DNA of 64,000 nucleotides from positions 73,038,001 through 73,102,000 of the forward strand of contig NC_087436.1 in the NCBI RefSeq assembly GCF_036321535.1, written 5' to 3'. Position numbers and translations under genes: made by a program. The stretch comes from Camelus dromedarius (lineage: Eukaryota). Under the pieces are notes generated by a model. That model saw nothing but the letters and a program-made list of their open reading frames with translations, was not told the DNA's origin and ran no database searches. Positions within the stretch are counted from its first letter, which is position 1. Each line of letters opens with the position of its first letter. This document shows, piece after piece, positions 1 through 13,704 of this stretch.

Positions 1-486
1 CAGGCCCATCAATTAAATGAAGTCCCAGACATCTCCCAAACCTTCTTTGCATTATCTTCCCTACATTTCCCCAAGCAAGTAATTGATTTTTATGCACAGT
101 GCAGAAGCAGGTGCAAAGACGTGCCGTGCATGCGTGCCTGTGTGTGGAAAATGAACACAAACAGCAGAGGAGGCTGCTGGAAATATATACACGAACTTCA
201 ATGACAAGGCTAGGACTGAGAATGAATGGAAATGGAGGGGGCAGGGCTGCTATATATGACTTTGGCATTGCAGCTAACTGAAACCTCTGAAATTATTTAA
301 GCAAAGGGAGAGAATTGAATGGAAGGAATTAGTCTTCCTTATATCCAAAAGCAGACCATATAGACAAGTTCTCAGGAAAGACCAGTAAATCTCTTCGTAA
401 GGAATCCAGCTGGCTCTGCTCTCCAGAGTCTCAGGGTTCCTCATCCCACTCTGCTGTTTCCTGGCAGGAGAATGTCGCACTAACCA

Positions 487-650
487 GCTGGGCTCTGGGG
501 TCAGACAACTGGGTTCACATCCCTGCTTGGCCACTTCAATTACTGTATCTTTGCCTCAATTCCCTTGACTGCAAATGCTTGAATTTACTTGAGTTCTGTC
601 AGATTTAAATGAGATCATACCTGATATATACTAAATGCTCAATATTATTT
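487..650 (+). mobile_element. MIR SINE relic
   Basis: gggctctggggtcagac...ctgggttcacatccc...ccact...ttaaatgagatcat resembles the MIR head and tail. Confidence 0.6.
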
Positions 651-700
651 GTATTTGTCTTTCATATTTGCTTCATTCTTTTTCTTTTTAAGAACTCACT

Positions 701-863
701 TTTTTTAAGATTATTTTTTATTTTATTTTTTTGAGGGGGGTGGTTGGGGGAAGTAATTTGGTTTGTTTGTTTGTTTGTTTGTTTTAATGGAGGCATTGGG
801 GATTGAACCCAGTACCTCATACATGCTAAGCACACACTCTTCCATTGAGCTATTACCCTCCCT
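701..863 (-). mobile_element. tRNA-derived SINE, vic-1-like (camelid)
   Basis: The minus strand reads agggagggtaatagctcaatggaagagtgtgtgcttagcatgtatgaggtactgggttcaatccccaatgcctccattaaaa(caaa)n ccaaattacttccccc, then an A-rich tail. Pol III A box at 842-852 and B box at 798-810. Confidence 0.8.
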
Positions 864-1830
864 ACTCCCGTTATTTTTCATCTACCGATTGGCTTCCTTT
901 TCTTCTTAAACAGATGGGAAGATGTCCTCCCAATTTTTCCCAATTCAAACATTAATTCTCACTTACTACCTAATGTCTCAGTCTCAAATACAACTTTCTA
1001 GAGGATGGAATCTGATCGATCTGACTTGGGTCATGTGTCTACCCTCACCTCCTGCCCCTGTCCAGTCAGCCATGGTTGGAAAACAGGACCCCAGAGTTTG
1101 GGTGAGACCACAGGGGTTATTCCTTTGTTAGGTGGGGGTGTCTGTTCTTAGAAGAGAAGAGCATTTTCATAACACATTCACATCCACTATAAATATTGAG
1201 AGCTATAAATGAGAGACAGTAAATATTCTAGTAGTCCTATCTGTAAACAGTAATTATATTAAGGAAAGGTGTATAAATCAAACCTTATCTTAAATAGTAC
1301 ATAAAAGGATCATGAACTAAAAATTATTTGTAAAGACTCCTTTTAACTTTCCCAAATATTCATTTTGTGTATTAAAAATTAAAATAGTTGAGGTGTTATC
1401 TAACAGGGTTATATCAAGATCAAGAGATGAAATGGTGAAATTTTAAAGTCTGCCACTCTATTAGCTTGATCACCTTTTGAAGAAACTGAACCTGACAGAT
1501 TTTTCATTGTTTGTGGTTTTCTCTTGTGACTGATCAATAAGGACAGGCTGTTCTGTTTTGAAAGGAACTAAAGTCAAATACAAAGAAGCAAGGCAGCACC
1601 TACTTCCTCCTGGGATCTTAAATGATCTTTGTCCTCCCTTCAATTATTTGAGACATAAACAGATTGTCAGTATCCTGCCTCTAGTTATAGCTATGTTTAT
1701 TTTATTAATTCAGAAAAGAATTTGTTTCTGTTGGATTCAGCTTTCACTGTGTGTCATACAAGGCCCAGCACTAGGCTTTGTGAGTGAAGCCAAGAGGCAT
1801 GGGATGCGGTCTGTTCCCTTGGGGACCTCA

Positions 1831-1980
1831 CTGTGGGAGAGACGGCCATGTAGGCAGTGGGCACATTCACACTGCTTGGGGGAGAAGACTGTGTATACAG
1901 TGGATACACTCACACTGCTGTGAGAGAGATGCTCATGTATACAATGGACACATTCACCCTGCTGTGGGAAAGATAACCAT
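1831..1980. repeat. Degenerate minisatellite, ~44-bp unit x ~3.4
   Basis: Units 1831-1874, 1875-1917, 1918-1961 and partial 1962-1980; consensus ~ctgtgggagagaNgNccatgtatacagtggacacattcacactg. Confidence 0.85.
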
Positions 1981-3839
1981 TGCTCAGTTAACTCTGGAGT
2001 ATGGAACTTTGCACACACGGGCACTCAGTCATTTCTTTTTGAATGAACCAGTAGTTGCATCAAGGCAGAATGATAAAAATGCTATTTGACAATTACAAAA
2101 TGTCATGAAAGTATAAAAGAAGGTCATTCACTCATCAAATAAATACTGCTTGTGTGTCTACTGTGTGCCAGGCACCGTCCTGAGCATAAGCATGCTGCTA
2201 TTACTTCTGGGTAGAAACTTGGAGAAAATGACATGAATGAGTTGACCTGTGTGCTGAAACTTAAAACTCAGATCCATGGGCTTAAACAGGCATCAGTGCA
2301 CCTGAGAGAATTCCAAGAGAAATTCAGTTTGACTGAAGATGACAGGTGTTGGGGGGAATGCACGATGGCCAAGATTACAAAGGTAGTGTAAGTCAAAAAT
2401 CACTGAGGAAAGAGCCTTCAGTGTTGCAGGATTAGTTTGGGCTCAATTTTGTAGACAGTGAAGAGCTGCTGAAACTTTTGAAAAGGAAATTCACATAAGC
2501 AGGCCATCCTTGAAAGGGATTTACCTGAAAATGCTATATTGGATGGATTAGGTCGTTAGAGGTGGGGGCGTCAAGGATGAGGCCTTGCAGCAAGGGAGTG
2601 ATAATGGGGTTGTATAGAAAAAAAGAAAAAACAAATGAATAAGAGAATCATTGGAGGGAGGGTTAGAATCTACAACATACGGGGAACATCATTAATGTAA
2701 AACCGTGGAAACTAGAAAACAGATCAGGTGAAAATAGTAAGAGACCAAGATGTCAAAGATGACTCTTGAGCTTAGGAGATTGGAGGCACCATTAATAAGA
2801 ATGGGGACCAGAAGGGAAGGGTCAGATTAGAAGGGAAGGTGGGAAGTTGAATTTTGGATATACCAGGCTTGAGGTGAAAGCAGAGTATCCACATGGAAAT
2901 GTGTAGCACGTCCACGTTCAATTTAATTCAAGCATGTAAGTCCTGGAAGTCACTGCAGTAGGTTTTTAAAGGAGTGACCTTCACCTATGAGACAGCAATT
3001 TCATTGATATCTTCATCTACAAAACCAGTTTTTCCAGCTGGAAGGCGGAAGAATTTTGCAACTGCAGTATAAATAGGGATTAGCAAGCACCTCCGGAATA
3101 CTGTTGGCCTTAGCACAACACAGATCTAGCCAGAGATGAAACTCAGATATACAGGAACAGTACCAGAAACAGAAAATGGACCTCAGGCTCTGTCTGTGAT
3201 CTAAGAGACAGGGACTTAGGACCAACCAGGGAAAGTCTTGGAAAGTCACGAGTTACTATCAGCTGAGTTGGGAAGACACTGAGAATCACAGCAGGGAGTG
3301 GGAGGTTAGGATCAGAAGGTGGGGAATAAGCCAAAATAATGGGTTTCAACCAAGCATAGTAATTAGAATAATTAGACTAATTTTGCCAGATGGCAGTTTT
3401 TCACCTTTGTTCACCTTTAAGATATTTGGCACATAAATTTCAGTTTGAGACCCTTTGGTGTTGTAAATTTGCTACTAAGTACTTGACAAAGATAATAGCT
3501 GAAGCCATCAGATTGAGTGACATTGTGAAGGGGAGTTCCTATATTTATGGAGTGGTAAGAGGAGCTAAATATGGAGAAGACAGAAATAAGAGAGGGACCA
3601 CAAGGATGCACTATTATAGAAGCAACAAGAAGATACTTCACAGCCAATCTTTCCAGGAGACTATGTAAAGAGAAATATATATTTTCACTATGTGCAGAGC
3701 ACTGTGCATGGTGCAAAAGAAGTCAGATGATATGGGTTCTGGCCTCTAGGAGTACTTTTCGAAGAACATAAGGGATATATGAAAATTTGGTGGGAAGGAA
3801 TAAAATGTGTAATAGGTTACTAAAGGATATGAAACCGAT

Positions 3840-5450
3840 TTCTACTTCTGAATGTGATGGAGGAACAAAGACCAGATTTAACTTTCTACCTTAAACAACT
3901 AAAAAAAATTAGAAGAAAATATATGAATCAGTAGTTTTTCAATATTGGATAAAAGGCAGTAATTTCTAAGAGAAGGGAAATAAACAAGATGAGCCCAACA
4001 ATTGCCTCAGCTTGATTCTTAGAGTTTTCAGGCTAGGGTGCAGAGAAAAAGAACTTAGGCAGATCCAGGCATTCTCTCTGAGTTGAAGAGGCAGAGTTGA
4101 GAATTATAGGGGGTGACAAAGCAGGTAGAATTCCCAAAGAAGGGTACCAGAACTACAGAGAGAGAGATAGTTCCAGAACCTGAAGAGGGTTCTTTTCAAG
4201 TCCTGAGTTGTGTGAAAATTTCCTGGAGTTGAGGAAAGTATCACCAGAAAGGAGATGGCAGAAAAATTCCTGACATTCACACAAGATTGGAAATAATTCA
4301 TGTTCCCAGAAACCAGAGGAGAGAAACTTCATAATGCATGCGGAATCAGGTTCAGTACTCAGAAGGATACAATCTAACCCTAGGCTAAGGGCTGTTGTGA
4401 TCCCACCTAACAAAATTTAAATACAAGCTATGAAAGGATCAAAATGTTTCCAAGTAATTAGCCATGTCCCAGAACAAAGTTGAAACAGTTAAAATAATGC
4501 AAAAAAAAATCATAATATTTAACACTTGACAACATAAAAAAGCACAATGTCTGTCTCCTAGTCAAAAATTATTAGGCATATAAAGAAGCAATAAAATAGA
4601 ACTCATAAAGAGGAGAAAATTTGATCAATAGATCCAGACCTAGAAATGATACAGATGATAGAATTAGTAGAAAACAACATTAAGATAATTATAATAAATG
4701 TACTCCATATTTTCAAACAGATAAAAGAAGGAAAGAGCATTTTAAAGAGAGATGTGGAAGATTTTTTGAGTCAAATCAAACCTATAGAAAAAGATTTAAA
4801 ATGTCAAATATGAAACAACACTGAATAGGACTAACAGAACTAGACACAGCATAAGAAAACTTAGTAAATTTGAAGACAAAGCAATAGAAAATTTCCAAAA
4901 TGACACAATGAGAGAAAAGACTTACAAAATAAATGCACAAAGCAGTGACGAATTGTGGGGCAACTTCAACTGGCCTAATATACACGTCCTTGAAGGAAAT
5001 GGGAGGTATAGAAAAAATATTTGAAAACCTAATGGCTGAAATGTTTCCCAATTTGATGAAAACTATTCACTTAGAAATTCAGGAGGTTTGACAAACTCCA
5101 CCCAAAAGAAACATAAAGACAACTCCACCAAGACACATCTTAATCAAATGTTTAAGATCAATGAAAAAGAAAATGAACTTAAAGCAGTCAGAAAAAAAGA
5201 CAATTAATAAAAAAAAGATAAAAATTATAGCAGACTTCTCAGAGGAACAACCACAAGTGAAAAGAAAGTGAAGCAATAGTTTTAAAGGGCTGAAATAAAA
5301 AACTATCGATCTAGAATTTTGTACCCAGCAAAAATAACTTTCAAAAAAGGCAAAGTAAAGATTTCTTCCAACACAAAAGCTTAAAGAATGTGTTGTCAAC
5401 AGACAAGTAAGTAAGACGTGCTTAAATGTTGAAGGAACTCCTTTGGGCAA
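3840..5450 (+). mobile_element. Old L1 (L1M-type) 5' region with decayed ORF1
   Basis: Interrupted ORF1-like peptides KIFENLMAEMFPNLMK (~5014), PRHILIK (~5127), ADFSEE (~5230) and RILYPAKITFK (~5313); A-rich + strand with many stops. Confidence 0.85.
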
Positions 5451-5569
5451 TTGTCTTTAAAAATAACACTGTGTTGTGTACTATGTGTATATATATATAA
5501 GTATATATATATAGTACTATGTATATAGTATACACATTTACCTCCTCAAAAAAACTTAGTACTAGTCAG

Positions 5570-6105
5570 CTTCTACAGTAGTTGCCAATGATCCCCACTT
5601 CCTGGTATAATTCCCTTTCCTGTGTATGAGATGGACCTAGAGACTTGCTTCTGATGATTGTAGTGCATCAAGAGTGCTGGGACATCACTTCCAAGTTAGG
5701 TTGTAAAAGAATGATTTCTATCTTGCCCACATTCTTCTCTGTTTTTTCTCATTTGCTCACTCAGATGACACAGTCTACCATGCTGTGTGCTACATGATAA
5801 AGAAACATAAGTGGTAAAGAACTGAGGGTGGCCTCTGGCCAAAGCCAGAAAGAAATTGAGGTCTTCAGTCCAAAAGCTCACCAGAATCATGCCAACTACC
5901 AAATGAATGAACTTAGAAGCAGATTCTTCCCCATTTGAGCCTTGTTTTGATTGAAGCTCTGAGCACCTTGCCTGTAGCTTTATGAGAGATCCTGAGACAG
6001 AGTACCCCAATTCCTGACCCACAGAAACTGTGAAATAATACATGTTGTTTTAAGCTACTCAGTTTTGGGATAATTTATTTATACAGTGGTATGTAGCTGA
6101 TATAC
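5570..6105 (+). mobile_element. MaLR solo LTR (MLT1-type)
   Basis: aatgatccccacttcctggt start; ttcctgacccacagaaactgtgaaataata...tgttgttttaagctact-type 3' end. Confidence 0.75.
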
Positions 6106-7524
6106 CAGAAGAGAGGAAATGAGGTATATATGGGGATAAATATAAAATACTTTTTCCCTTATTTATTACACATCTTTATAAGATAATTGAGGGTTTCAGC
6201 AAGAATAGCAACAATGGACTGTAATTTTAATAACAAAGAAAGAAGTGAATATAAGCTGTTTATTATATATTAATTACACATTATTTATATACTCAAAAAA
6301 GATATAAATGAAAGTATAAGGAACAGACAATAGATGTTTAGAGAAGAGAAACGTCAATGTGAGTTGTAATTATTACAAAAGCCTTCACAGAAGACAGAGG
6401 ATTGAGCAATAATGTCAAGCTTTGGTAAAAATGGTAGAAGAAAAGTGGGGAGAAGCTGAGGTAGAGGGCAGAGCACCAGGAAAGCCAAAAAAGTGGGAAT
6501 TGGTAACATGTGTGAAGGGGAAGAAGTTAATGCCCACCATTAGGTGCAGAATGCCTTTTGGGGGAAAAAAAAAACAGCCTTTCTCTATCTTTCCAGGATA
6601 ATTTCTTCCAGAAAACCTCTGTAAGGCAAGTTCCTATAAAGTCCATAACATAATTACTTTTAATTTCAAGAGATGTTGCTACTTCCTGAGCCCTGAAATT
6701 AATCCAATCATATAAAAACAACACCAAATCCCCTTAAAATGGACATTCTCATTTCAGTAGGTGACGTTAGTTGTCTTGATGGCCTTCCAAGACAATGTCC
6801 CTTCATTAATTACTGTATGATAAGGCTAAATGCTTTCATTCAGTTCACTTATGGGTATTGCATACCATACCCTTAAACTTTTATTGTCCTTTTTTAGCCC
6901 ACAAAAGACAAAATAAATCAATAAAAGCAATGCAAACAGTGCATAAGCTTGTCACTACTGTAGACTTGCTAGCCAAAAATACTGGGAATACTGCATCACT
7001 GGGAAGATGACCTCATGCGGGCTCTTGTTTCCTAGTGCTCAGCTACTTGAGAGGTGCACACCATCCAAAGCAGTTCTCATAAATGTGAATAAATGCATCT
7101 TCACAAGCCAAAGCAGGTATGACATGAAACTCCTTGCAAATTTAAATTTTCATAAATCAAAAGGACATAAATTTAAATTCTCACAAACCAAAAGGATACA
7201 CCCCAGAGTATGACTATAATGGGAAATAAGCTGAGGGAAGAATAAATAAGACCAAGTTCAGGAAGTGTTTTAATAATGTGATTAAGGATTCAGGGACTTA
7301 ACCGGGAGGTTTAAAAGATCTGGGAAAAGGACATGACACGATGAAAGATGTCTGGAAGATTAATCTAGAAATCATGTACAGAGTAGAGTTAGGCAAGGGA
7401 AGAGTAAGGTGGGAAGGCTGTTTAAGATGCCATTGTGGAGGAGACTGGGTAAGGTGTGCTGAGATTGTGAGTGAAGGAAATGACAGTATAACACCAAACA
7501 CATTTAATAACAATAATAATTAAA

Positions 7525-7765
7525 ACTTGTTGAGTGCTTCTTACATACCTGGTGTTGCTCTAAGTGCTGTGTATTAACTATGTATTTAATGCGTATTTAC
7601 TATGGCATATGTGTATACACCATTATTATCCCCATTTTACATTTGAGAAAACTGAGGACCCTAGAGGTTCGATAACTTACCCCTGGTCACAAAGCCAATG
7701 AGGAGTGGAGTTGAGGTTTGAACAGAGCAGTCTGGCTTCAGATTTGTGTATGCTTTGTGGATCCT
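7525..7765 (-). mobile_element. MIR SINE
   Basis: attattatccccattttacatttgagaaaactgagg...taacttacccctggtcaca...tttgaac (MIR core, reverse). Confidence 0.8.
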
Positions 7766-7849
7766 CAAGCATTGACTTTGTGGGGGCCCTGTGATGGGAC
7801 TGAGAATGATGGTAAAGGAACCCAGTCCAGGAGAGATCCAGAGCCACTC

Positions 7850-8490
7850 CCTTCTCTCCATCTCCTTGGCCACTACCTGAGTCCAGGACAGCGGCTCCTC
7901 TTCTCTGAAACAGTGTCTGGCTGCTTTCCCTGGCTCCAACACTGGCCAGGCTCCAGCCAACTCTCTGCCCTCACCAGGATGACCTATTGAAAGCACAAAG
8001 CTGATCACATCACCTCTCTGTTCAAACTCATTGGGATAAAGGCCAGAGCTCATACATACCTTATAAGGCCCCATGCAATCTGGTGCCAGATCATTTTGCA
8101 TCCTAGGCTCCAGACATAAGACTTCATGCTCTCTCAGGCTGGGATTTTGTATGTGATGCTCTTTCTGTTTCAAATCCTGTTCCCCCTCCTTTCCGCCCAT
8201 CCTATTCTTCATGGACTGTTTTTGACTCATTCCTCACATCCAGTCTGAGAGGTAACTTCTCTTAGAAGTGCTCTACCTCCCTGACCTATGTGTGCCTTTG
8301 GCCCACCTCTGACATGCTTGGACACTGCCCTGACCTAATTATACTGCATTCTACCCTCATGCTTAATAATTGGCTTGCTCCACTGAATATTAAGTTCTGT
8401 GAGGCTGGTGATTCAGTTTGTTATTTTCTCCCCAACACTTAGCATGGTATCAAGTACATAGTGGATTCTAAATAATTGTTTTAATTGAAG
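7850..8490 (+). mobile_element. L2 LINE 3' relic
   Basis: Pyrimidine-rich L2-like tract with ctgatcacatcacc...ccccaacacttagcatggta...aaataattgtt end. Confidence 0.6.
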
Positions 8491-8589
8491 GCTAAACAAG
8501 GACTGAGTTTGACAGGATATCAAAAACAAACATGAGAAAGACATCAAATTTTCTTTTTCTCTCTTTTTTTTGGGGGGGGAAGAATAATG

Positions 8590-8825
8590 TATTTTTTAAA
8601 TTTATTTTGTATTGAGGTAACATGGATTGATCACATTGTATAAGGTTCATGTGTACCACATTATATTCCTATTTTTGTCTACTCTACAACATGCTCACCA
8701 CCAAAAATTTAGTTCCCATCTGTTAATACACAACTGATCCTCTTTCTCTTTACCCATGTCACCCAGGAACCCCCCCGACCCCTCCCTCTCTGGTAACCAC
8801 TACTCTGTTCTCTGTATCTACTATA
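8590..8825 (-). mobile_element. L1 3' end fragment
   Basis: T-rich tail followed by ttgaggtaacatggattgatcacattgtataaggttcatgtgtac...tctggtaaccactactctgttctctgtatcta. Confidence 0.7.
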
Positions 8826-9730
8826 CCTATGTCAAATTTCCTTTCATACATTAAACCTAACTGGTGCCATTGGCAGCATCAGGAGAATTATTTTGGAATT
8901 GCTCAGTTTAGGCTGGTACCTGTGATTTGGTGATAATTTGTCATCCAAGAAGAAATGACCTGTGTGCAGTGGAAATGAGAAAATCAGGGCTCATTTATGA
9001 GGCTGAAGATTCCAACTTGATAGTTTTTCCACTTTTTAGAAATTTTATCACATTTTCAAAGAAGACTTTGCTTTCCTCCCTTTGCTCAGCAGTGTTTACC
9101 TAAACTGATTTTGGATTTATTATGGTGAAACAGAAATCAAAATTAATACCTGGCATATTCCTCCCTAGGTCATGTGTACAGCTGTACATAGAAAGGAGAA
9201 TTCCTTTTCTCTGTGTGGCTTAGAAAGTTTGCTTGTACTTTTTTTATGCTGCTGTTACTTGCTTAGGTTGTGAATGAAAGGGTGGATTTCAGAGAGAGGA
9301 GCCAAACCTGAAGTGGTCTTGATTCAATTACACAGCCAATAGAAATGCTATTCATGAACTCGTGAAGAATAATTTTGGCTTTTCTATATATCATTATTTG
9401 ATAAGGATTTAGTAAAAAGTAGATTTTCTGGATGAAGACTTGTGAATGCAATTACAGCCCCATAGCTTTATGAAGCCAGAGTGCTTCTGCTCCAGCATGC
9501 AGAGACCTAACAGTTGATAAGTGCTTTTAGGGTGAGATGCAAATCTGTCTGCTAAAAGCAGCCTCTGAGCTAGAGAGACGTGTCCCTGTAGTCTGGCTGA
9601 CAGACACATGGGCATCTGTCCTAGGGATTAGGGAATGACCCACTCATTTCCTTCTAACTAGATACAGGAGGAATTTGTATGTTTGGTGGGGCAGAAACAA
9701 GTCTTCCTTACTGTTGAATCATTTAGAAGG

Positions 9731-9756
9731 GTGTGTGTGTGTGTGTGTGTGTGTGT
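9731..9756. repeat. (GT)n microsatellite
   Basis: ~13 GT units. Confidence 0.95.
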
Positions 9757-9884
9757 ATTTGTCTTGGTATGTGTGTGTTCATATGTAGCTTAATATTTCA
9801 CCACAATGCAAACAAAGTGCTTCCCTTATTAGCCTTGGTATCTAGAGGAATAAGATTCCCCCTCTTGTGAGCTGTGTGACTTTG

Positions 9885-10455
9885 GATGAATGGATAAAGA
9901 AATTGTGAGATATATATCTCTCAAAGAAATTATGAGATGTGCACACACACACAATAGAATATTATTCAGCCTTGAAAAAAGAAGATCTCTGCAACAACAT
10001 GGGTGAACCTGGAGGACATTATGCTAAGTGAAACAAGCCAGGCATAGAAAGGAAAAAATGACATGATCTCACTTCTATGTGGAATCTACAAAAAATCGAG
10101 TACAGGGAAGCAGAGAGTAGAACGGTAGTTCCCAGGGATGGAGCAGTGGGGGAAATGAGATACTGATCAATGGGTACAAAGGTCTGTAGGGTACAGTTCC
10201 ATAGGATGAAAAAGTCTAGAGGTCTCATGTACAGCATGATGACTCTAGTTAATATACTGTATAGGACCCTGGAAATCTGCTAGAAGAGTAGATTTCAAGT
10301 GTTCGCATCACATACAAAATATGGTAGCCACACAAGGAGATGCTGTGTTAGTTAACTTGACGGTTGTAATTATTTCATTGTACATATTTATATCAAATCA
10401 TCATGTTGTACATCCTAAATATATGCAACATTTATTTTAAAAAGTAAATAAAAAG
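9885..10455 (+). mobile_element. L1 (L1MA-type) 3' end
   Basis: gatgaatggataaagaaattgtg...caacatgggtgaacctggaggacattatgctaagtgaaacaagccagg...A-rich tail. Confidence 0.85.
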
Positions 10456-12341
10456 AACTTGGATAAGGGTAAGGGTGATGGCAGAAACAAGCCCAGAGGA
10501 GCTAGTTTGATGGGGAAAGAAAAACCAGTTAATAGACTTACTGATTTTGAATATAAAGCCAAAAAGGGATCTAAGCTAGGGGCCTGGAACACGAGAGAGA
10601 ACGCCAGGCTGGATATTTAGACCTGGGAATTACTTTTGAAATAAAGCCGTGAGGTAGAGCTGCCTCAAATTAAGCATGTGTGCATGTAGAGGATCCCTGT
10701 CTGACCCTAACAGTGCCAGGGGGAACCTAAGAATATATTAAAGGAGTGGTTTACGACGTATAGAATGGGCAGTGTTACATTGTGAATAATTCTTTTCCCA
10801 GCAGCAACACTTACAAGTTTATTCTGAATAAGTAGACCACCAAAAGCAAAATTATTCTTCAAGTTGAGCCAATTTTTATACAGCTTCCACGGTTCACCCA
10901 AGTTAGCTCATGTTGCCAGAGTCTGTCCTTCCAGATTGATGTGTCTAATAGCATCTGTCAGCGGTGGCTGCAGAGTAGCATTTTAATGGGTCCCGAAGAT
11001 TCATCAGAAGATGTTGTGCTCCAATAACAGTGCCGGGGGCGCCTCCCCAGTTGGTGTTGCTGGTGCGTTTCCTAGCAGGGGAGACTGTGCTGCCAGCATT
11101 TAAGAGATACTGAGGGTAGCAGCAGTTGGAGGTTGGTTAACAAATGAAACCCTGAAGATGATATTTATGTGGATGTGTGTATCCAAGTACTGATTTATGT
11201 TATTTTAAGCTGAGATGCAAATTTGGTGAATAAGGAGAGCGAGCCATTTCCCTCTGGAGTTGTGAATGCGTTAGGGAACAAGAGCATAAGAGAGTCTGGA
11301 TTTTTAGGCAAATTAAAATCAGAATGCTTCTTTACACAGGTGACAAATTAGGTGGTAATTAATCCCATTAAATGAGGAGTCACTATGGAATTCTTTCCAA
11401 CAGCCAGTTCCCCTCATCACTTAACATATTTGATTAAAATTCATTACCCACAACATCTCTTACATAAAGCATGGTTTCTCATATTGATTTCAACTGATTC
11501 AATTCATTATGAGGAATATTTCTGCAGAGAAGATTCACTCCTACAAAGTTAATAAGTTACTGTAATCACACATAAACTGGAAACAAGCTTTGTACCCACT
11601 TCAGCTTGTGTTCTTTGTACCTTTGTGTGAGCTACCAGCTCGCATGTATACCTAGAACTTCCTAATTAATGATTGATTCCTGTTCTCTTGGCCCCTTCTC
11701 TTTATTTGGGAATGAATGGGCACCTGGTTCCCACTCCCCGAAGATGGGCCACCTATCTTTGATGACATGTCAGGACATGGACCACATTCCAGGAGACAGT
11801 GAAACACAAGGTCCTTTCCTGGAGTCCCAGTGATGCAATGGGTCTTGCTGTGTGTGGTTCCATCCTCAACTTGCATCTTCCACCCAGTCCAAGTTCTGAA
11901 AACGACCTGTCTCAGCAGAGAGGCCAAGCGCAGTAGTGATGGTCCCTTACGGAGAAGAGGATTCATAGTCAGGGAAACTGGGTCTCAAAGAGGAGAAGCA
12001 GCTCATCCAAAGAACAATGGCACTGACACCCACAAAACCCGATAGACTTCGGGGCTCCCAACTCTGCCTCACCATTTCCAGCCTAGAACTTGACTCCAAT
12101 GAGTAACAAGTTCTTTCTCATTTTCATGTTTGTAGAGGACAGAGATCCTCAGATTCTAGGAACTTTGTCCTGACACTGTAAGTTTTTAAACTTACAGTTT
12201 TAGTTGAGTTTTGTTGTTTAGGAAATAGCTTAACAAGCAGAAAGAGGACTAAAGGGCAGAAATGGTAATTAATGAATACCTTACCTTTGTGTGTTACTTA
12301 ATAGCCAGCTAATCCCTTTCACCTACTTGCTCGTCCCCTTC

Positions 12342-12675
12342 TGTCTTAGTCCGTCGGGGCTGCTGTAACAAAATTCCACAAACCGGGCAGCTTGTAAACA
12401 ACAGAAATTTATTTTTCACAGTCCTGGAAGCTGGAAGTCCAAGACCAAGACACCAGCATGGTCACCTTCTAGTGAAGGCCCTCTTCCTGGTTCAAGGCCA
12501 ACATCTTCTCTCTGTGTCCTTACATGATGGAAGAGTATAGGGAGTTCTGTGGGGTCTCTTTCATAAAGGCACTAATCCCATTCCTAAGGGCTCCACTCTC
12601 ATGACCTAAGCACCTCTCGGAGGCCTCACCTCCGAACACCAGCAAGTTGGGCATTAGGATTTCAATGTATGAAAT
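12342..12675 (-). mobile_element. MaLR solo LTR (MLT1A-like)
   Basis: tgtcttagtc...gctgctgtaacaaaattccaca...aatttatttttcacagt...ggaagtccaaga...ggcactaatcccatt; homologous to the copy at 33800-34165. Confidence 0.85.
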
Positions 12676-13704
12676 ATTGATGCTTAGGGCCTTTTGCATC
12701 TGACCTTTCCAAATAAAGACTTCTGATGTTGGCATTGTCATGTTTCCTCCTCTACCACTTTTTTCTTCACACAGATTATCTGTTTTGTCAAGTATGCTGA
12801 AAGGCCAGTGCCGTGGTCTGAATATTTGTGTCCCCCCAAGTTCATATGCTAAAATCTTGTTGCCCAATGTGCTGGTATTAGGAGGGGAAGATAAGCCCAG
12901 TTGCAGCTGTCAAGGGAAAGGCTATGTGAAATACCAAATTACTATCTCTTCCACTTGCCTTCCTCCGTGTCACTTAGATACCTGGGTGCCTTGATCAGAG
13001 CAGGCACTCAATACTTACCTGTTGTATTGGACCTAGACAAACAAAAATCTAATCAAAAAAAATTTAAAGTAAATTGCTAAGTGATGCTTAAAATTTTAAA
13101 ACAATAGTAGGACTCCATTCCAGGGAGTGTGTCTTGCTCATGCCTCATCACACAAAGGCAGGCCAGCCGGGCTAAGGATAACAAGGCGTGGCTCCCCGGC
13201 TGCTGCTGAGTGCTATTTTCTCTGGTCCCTCAGCCTCACCGACTGCAGCCACCCAGCCTCATGCATGTTCTTGTCAAGACTCATGGTGAAAACCACCCTA
13301 GAAGTTTCTGAACTTCTTTTTTAATAAAGTGGAAAAATACAAATCACATTTAGCTGTGGTATTTTTCCTTTCTGATGCATTCTGTAGGTGTGTGAGGCAG
13401 CTCAGCTTTCATAGGCATCAGCCTAGAGAATACCTCCGGGAACGCTGACTGGTCCAGCTGCCTATTGCTTTGTTGGAGGATGCGGGGAGCGCTCTATCCC
13501 TGAGGCTCACAGATGATGCCAGGAGGCATAATAGCCTCCCTCTGATGGTGCCTAAAAAGTGCCTTTTGAAAATCATTAGCAGATTAAAGGAGGTGAAGGC
13601 ATTTGGTCCCAGGTTCCAATTAGACAGAGGTCCACCTAATAATCTAATATGTATTGAACTCTTACTTTATGCCAGGCATCGTGATAAGCATTTTACATAG
13701 TTTG

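Noticed and set aside
790..863. tRNA gene
   Set aside because: It is the tRNA-like head of a SINE, with mutated stems and a SINE body and tail attached.
1831..1980. CRISPR-like array
   Set aside because: Units are contiguous diverged copies with no unique spacers, in eukaryotic intronic DNA with no cas genes.
3840..5450. Functional or domesticated L1 ORF1
   Set aside because: Multiple stops and frameshifts; only short motifs remain.
7661..8230. 189-aa minus-strand ORF
   Set aside because: Lies over L2 and MIR relics; no protein-like features.
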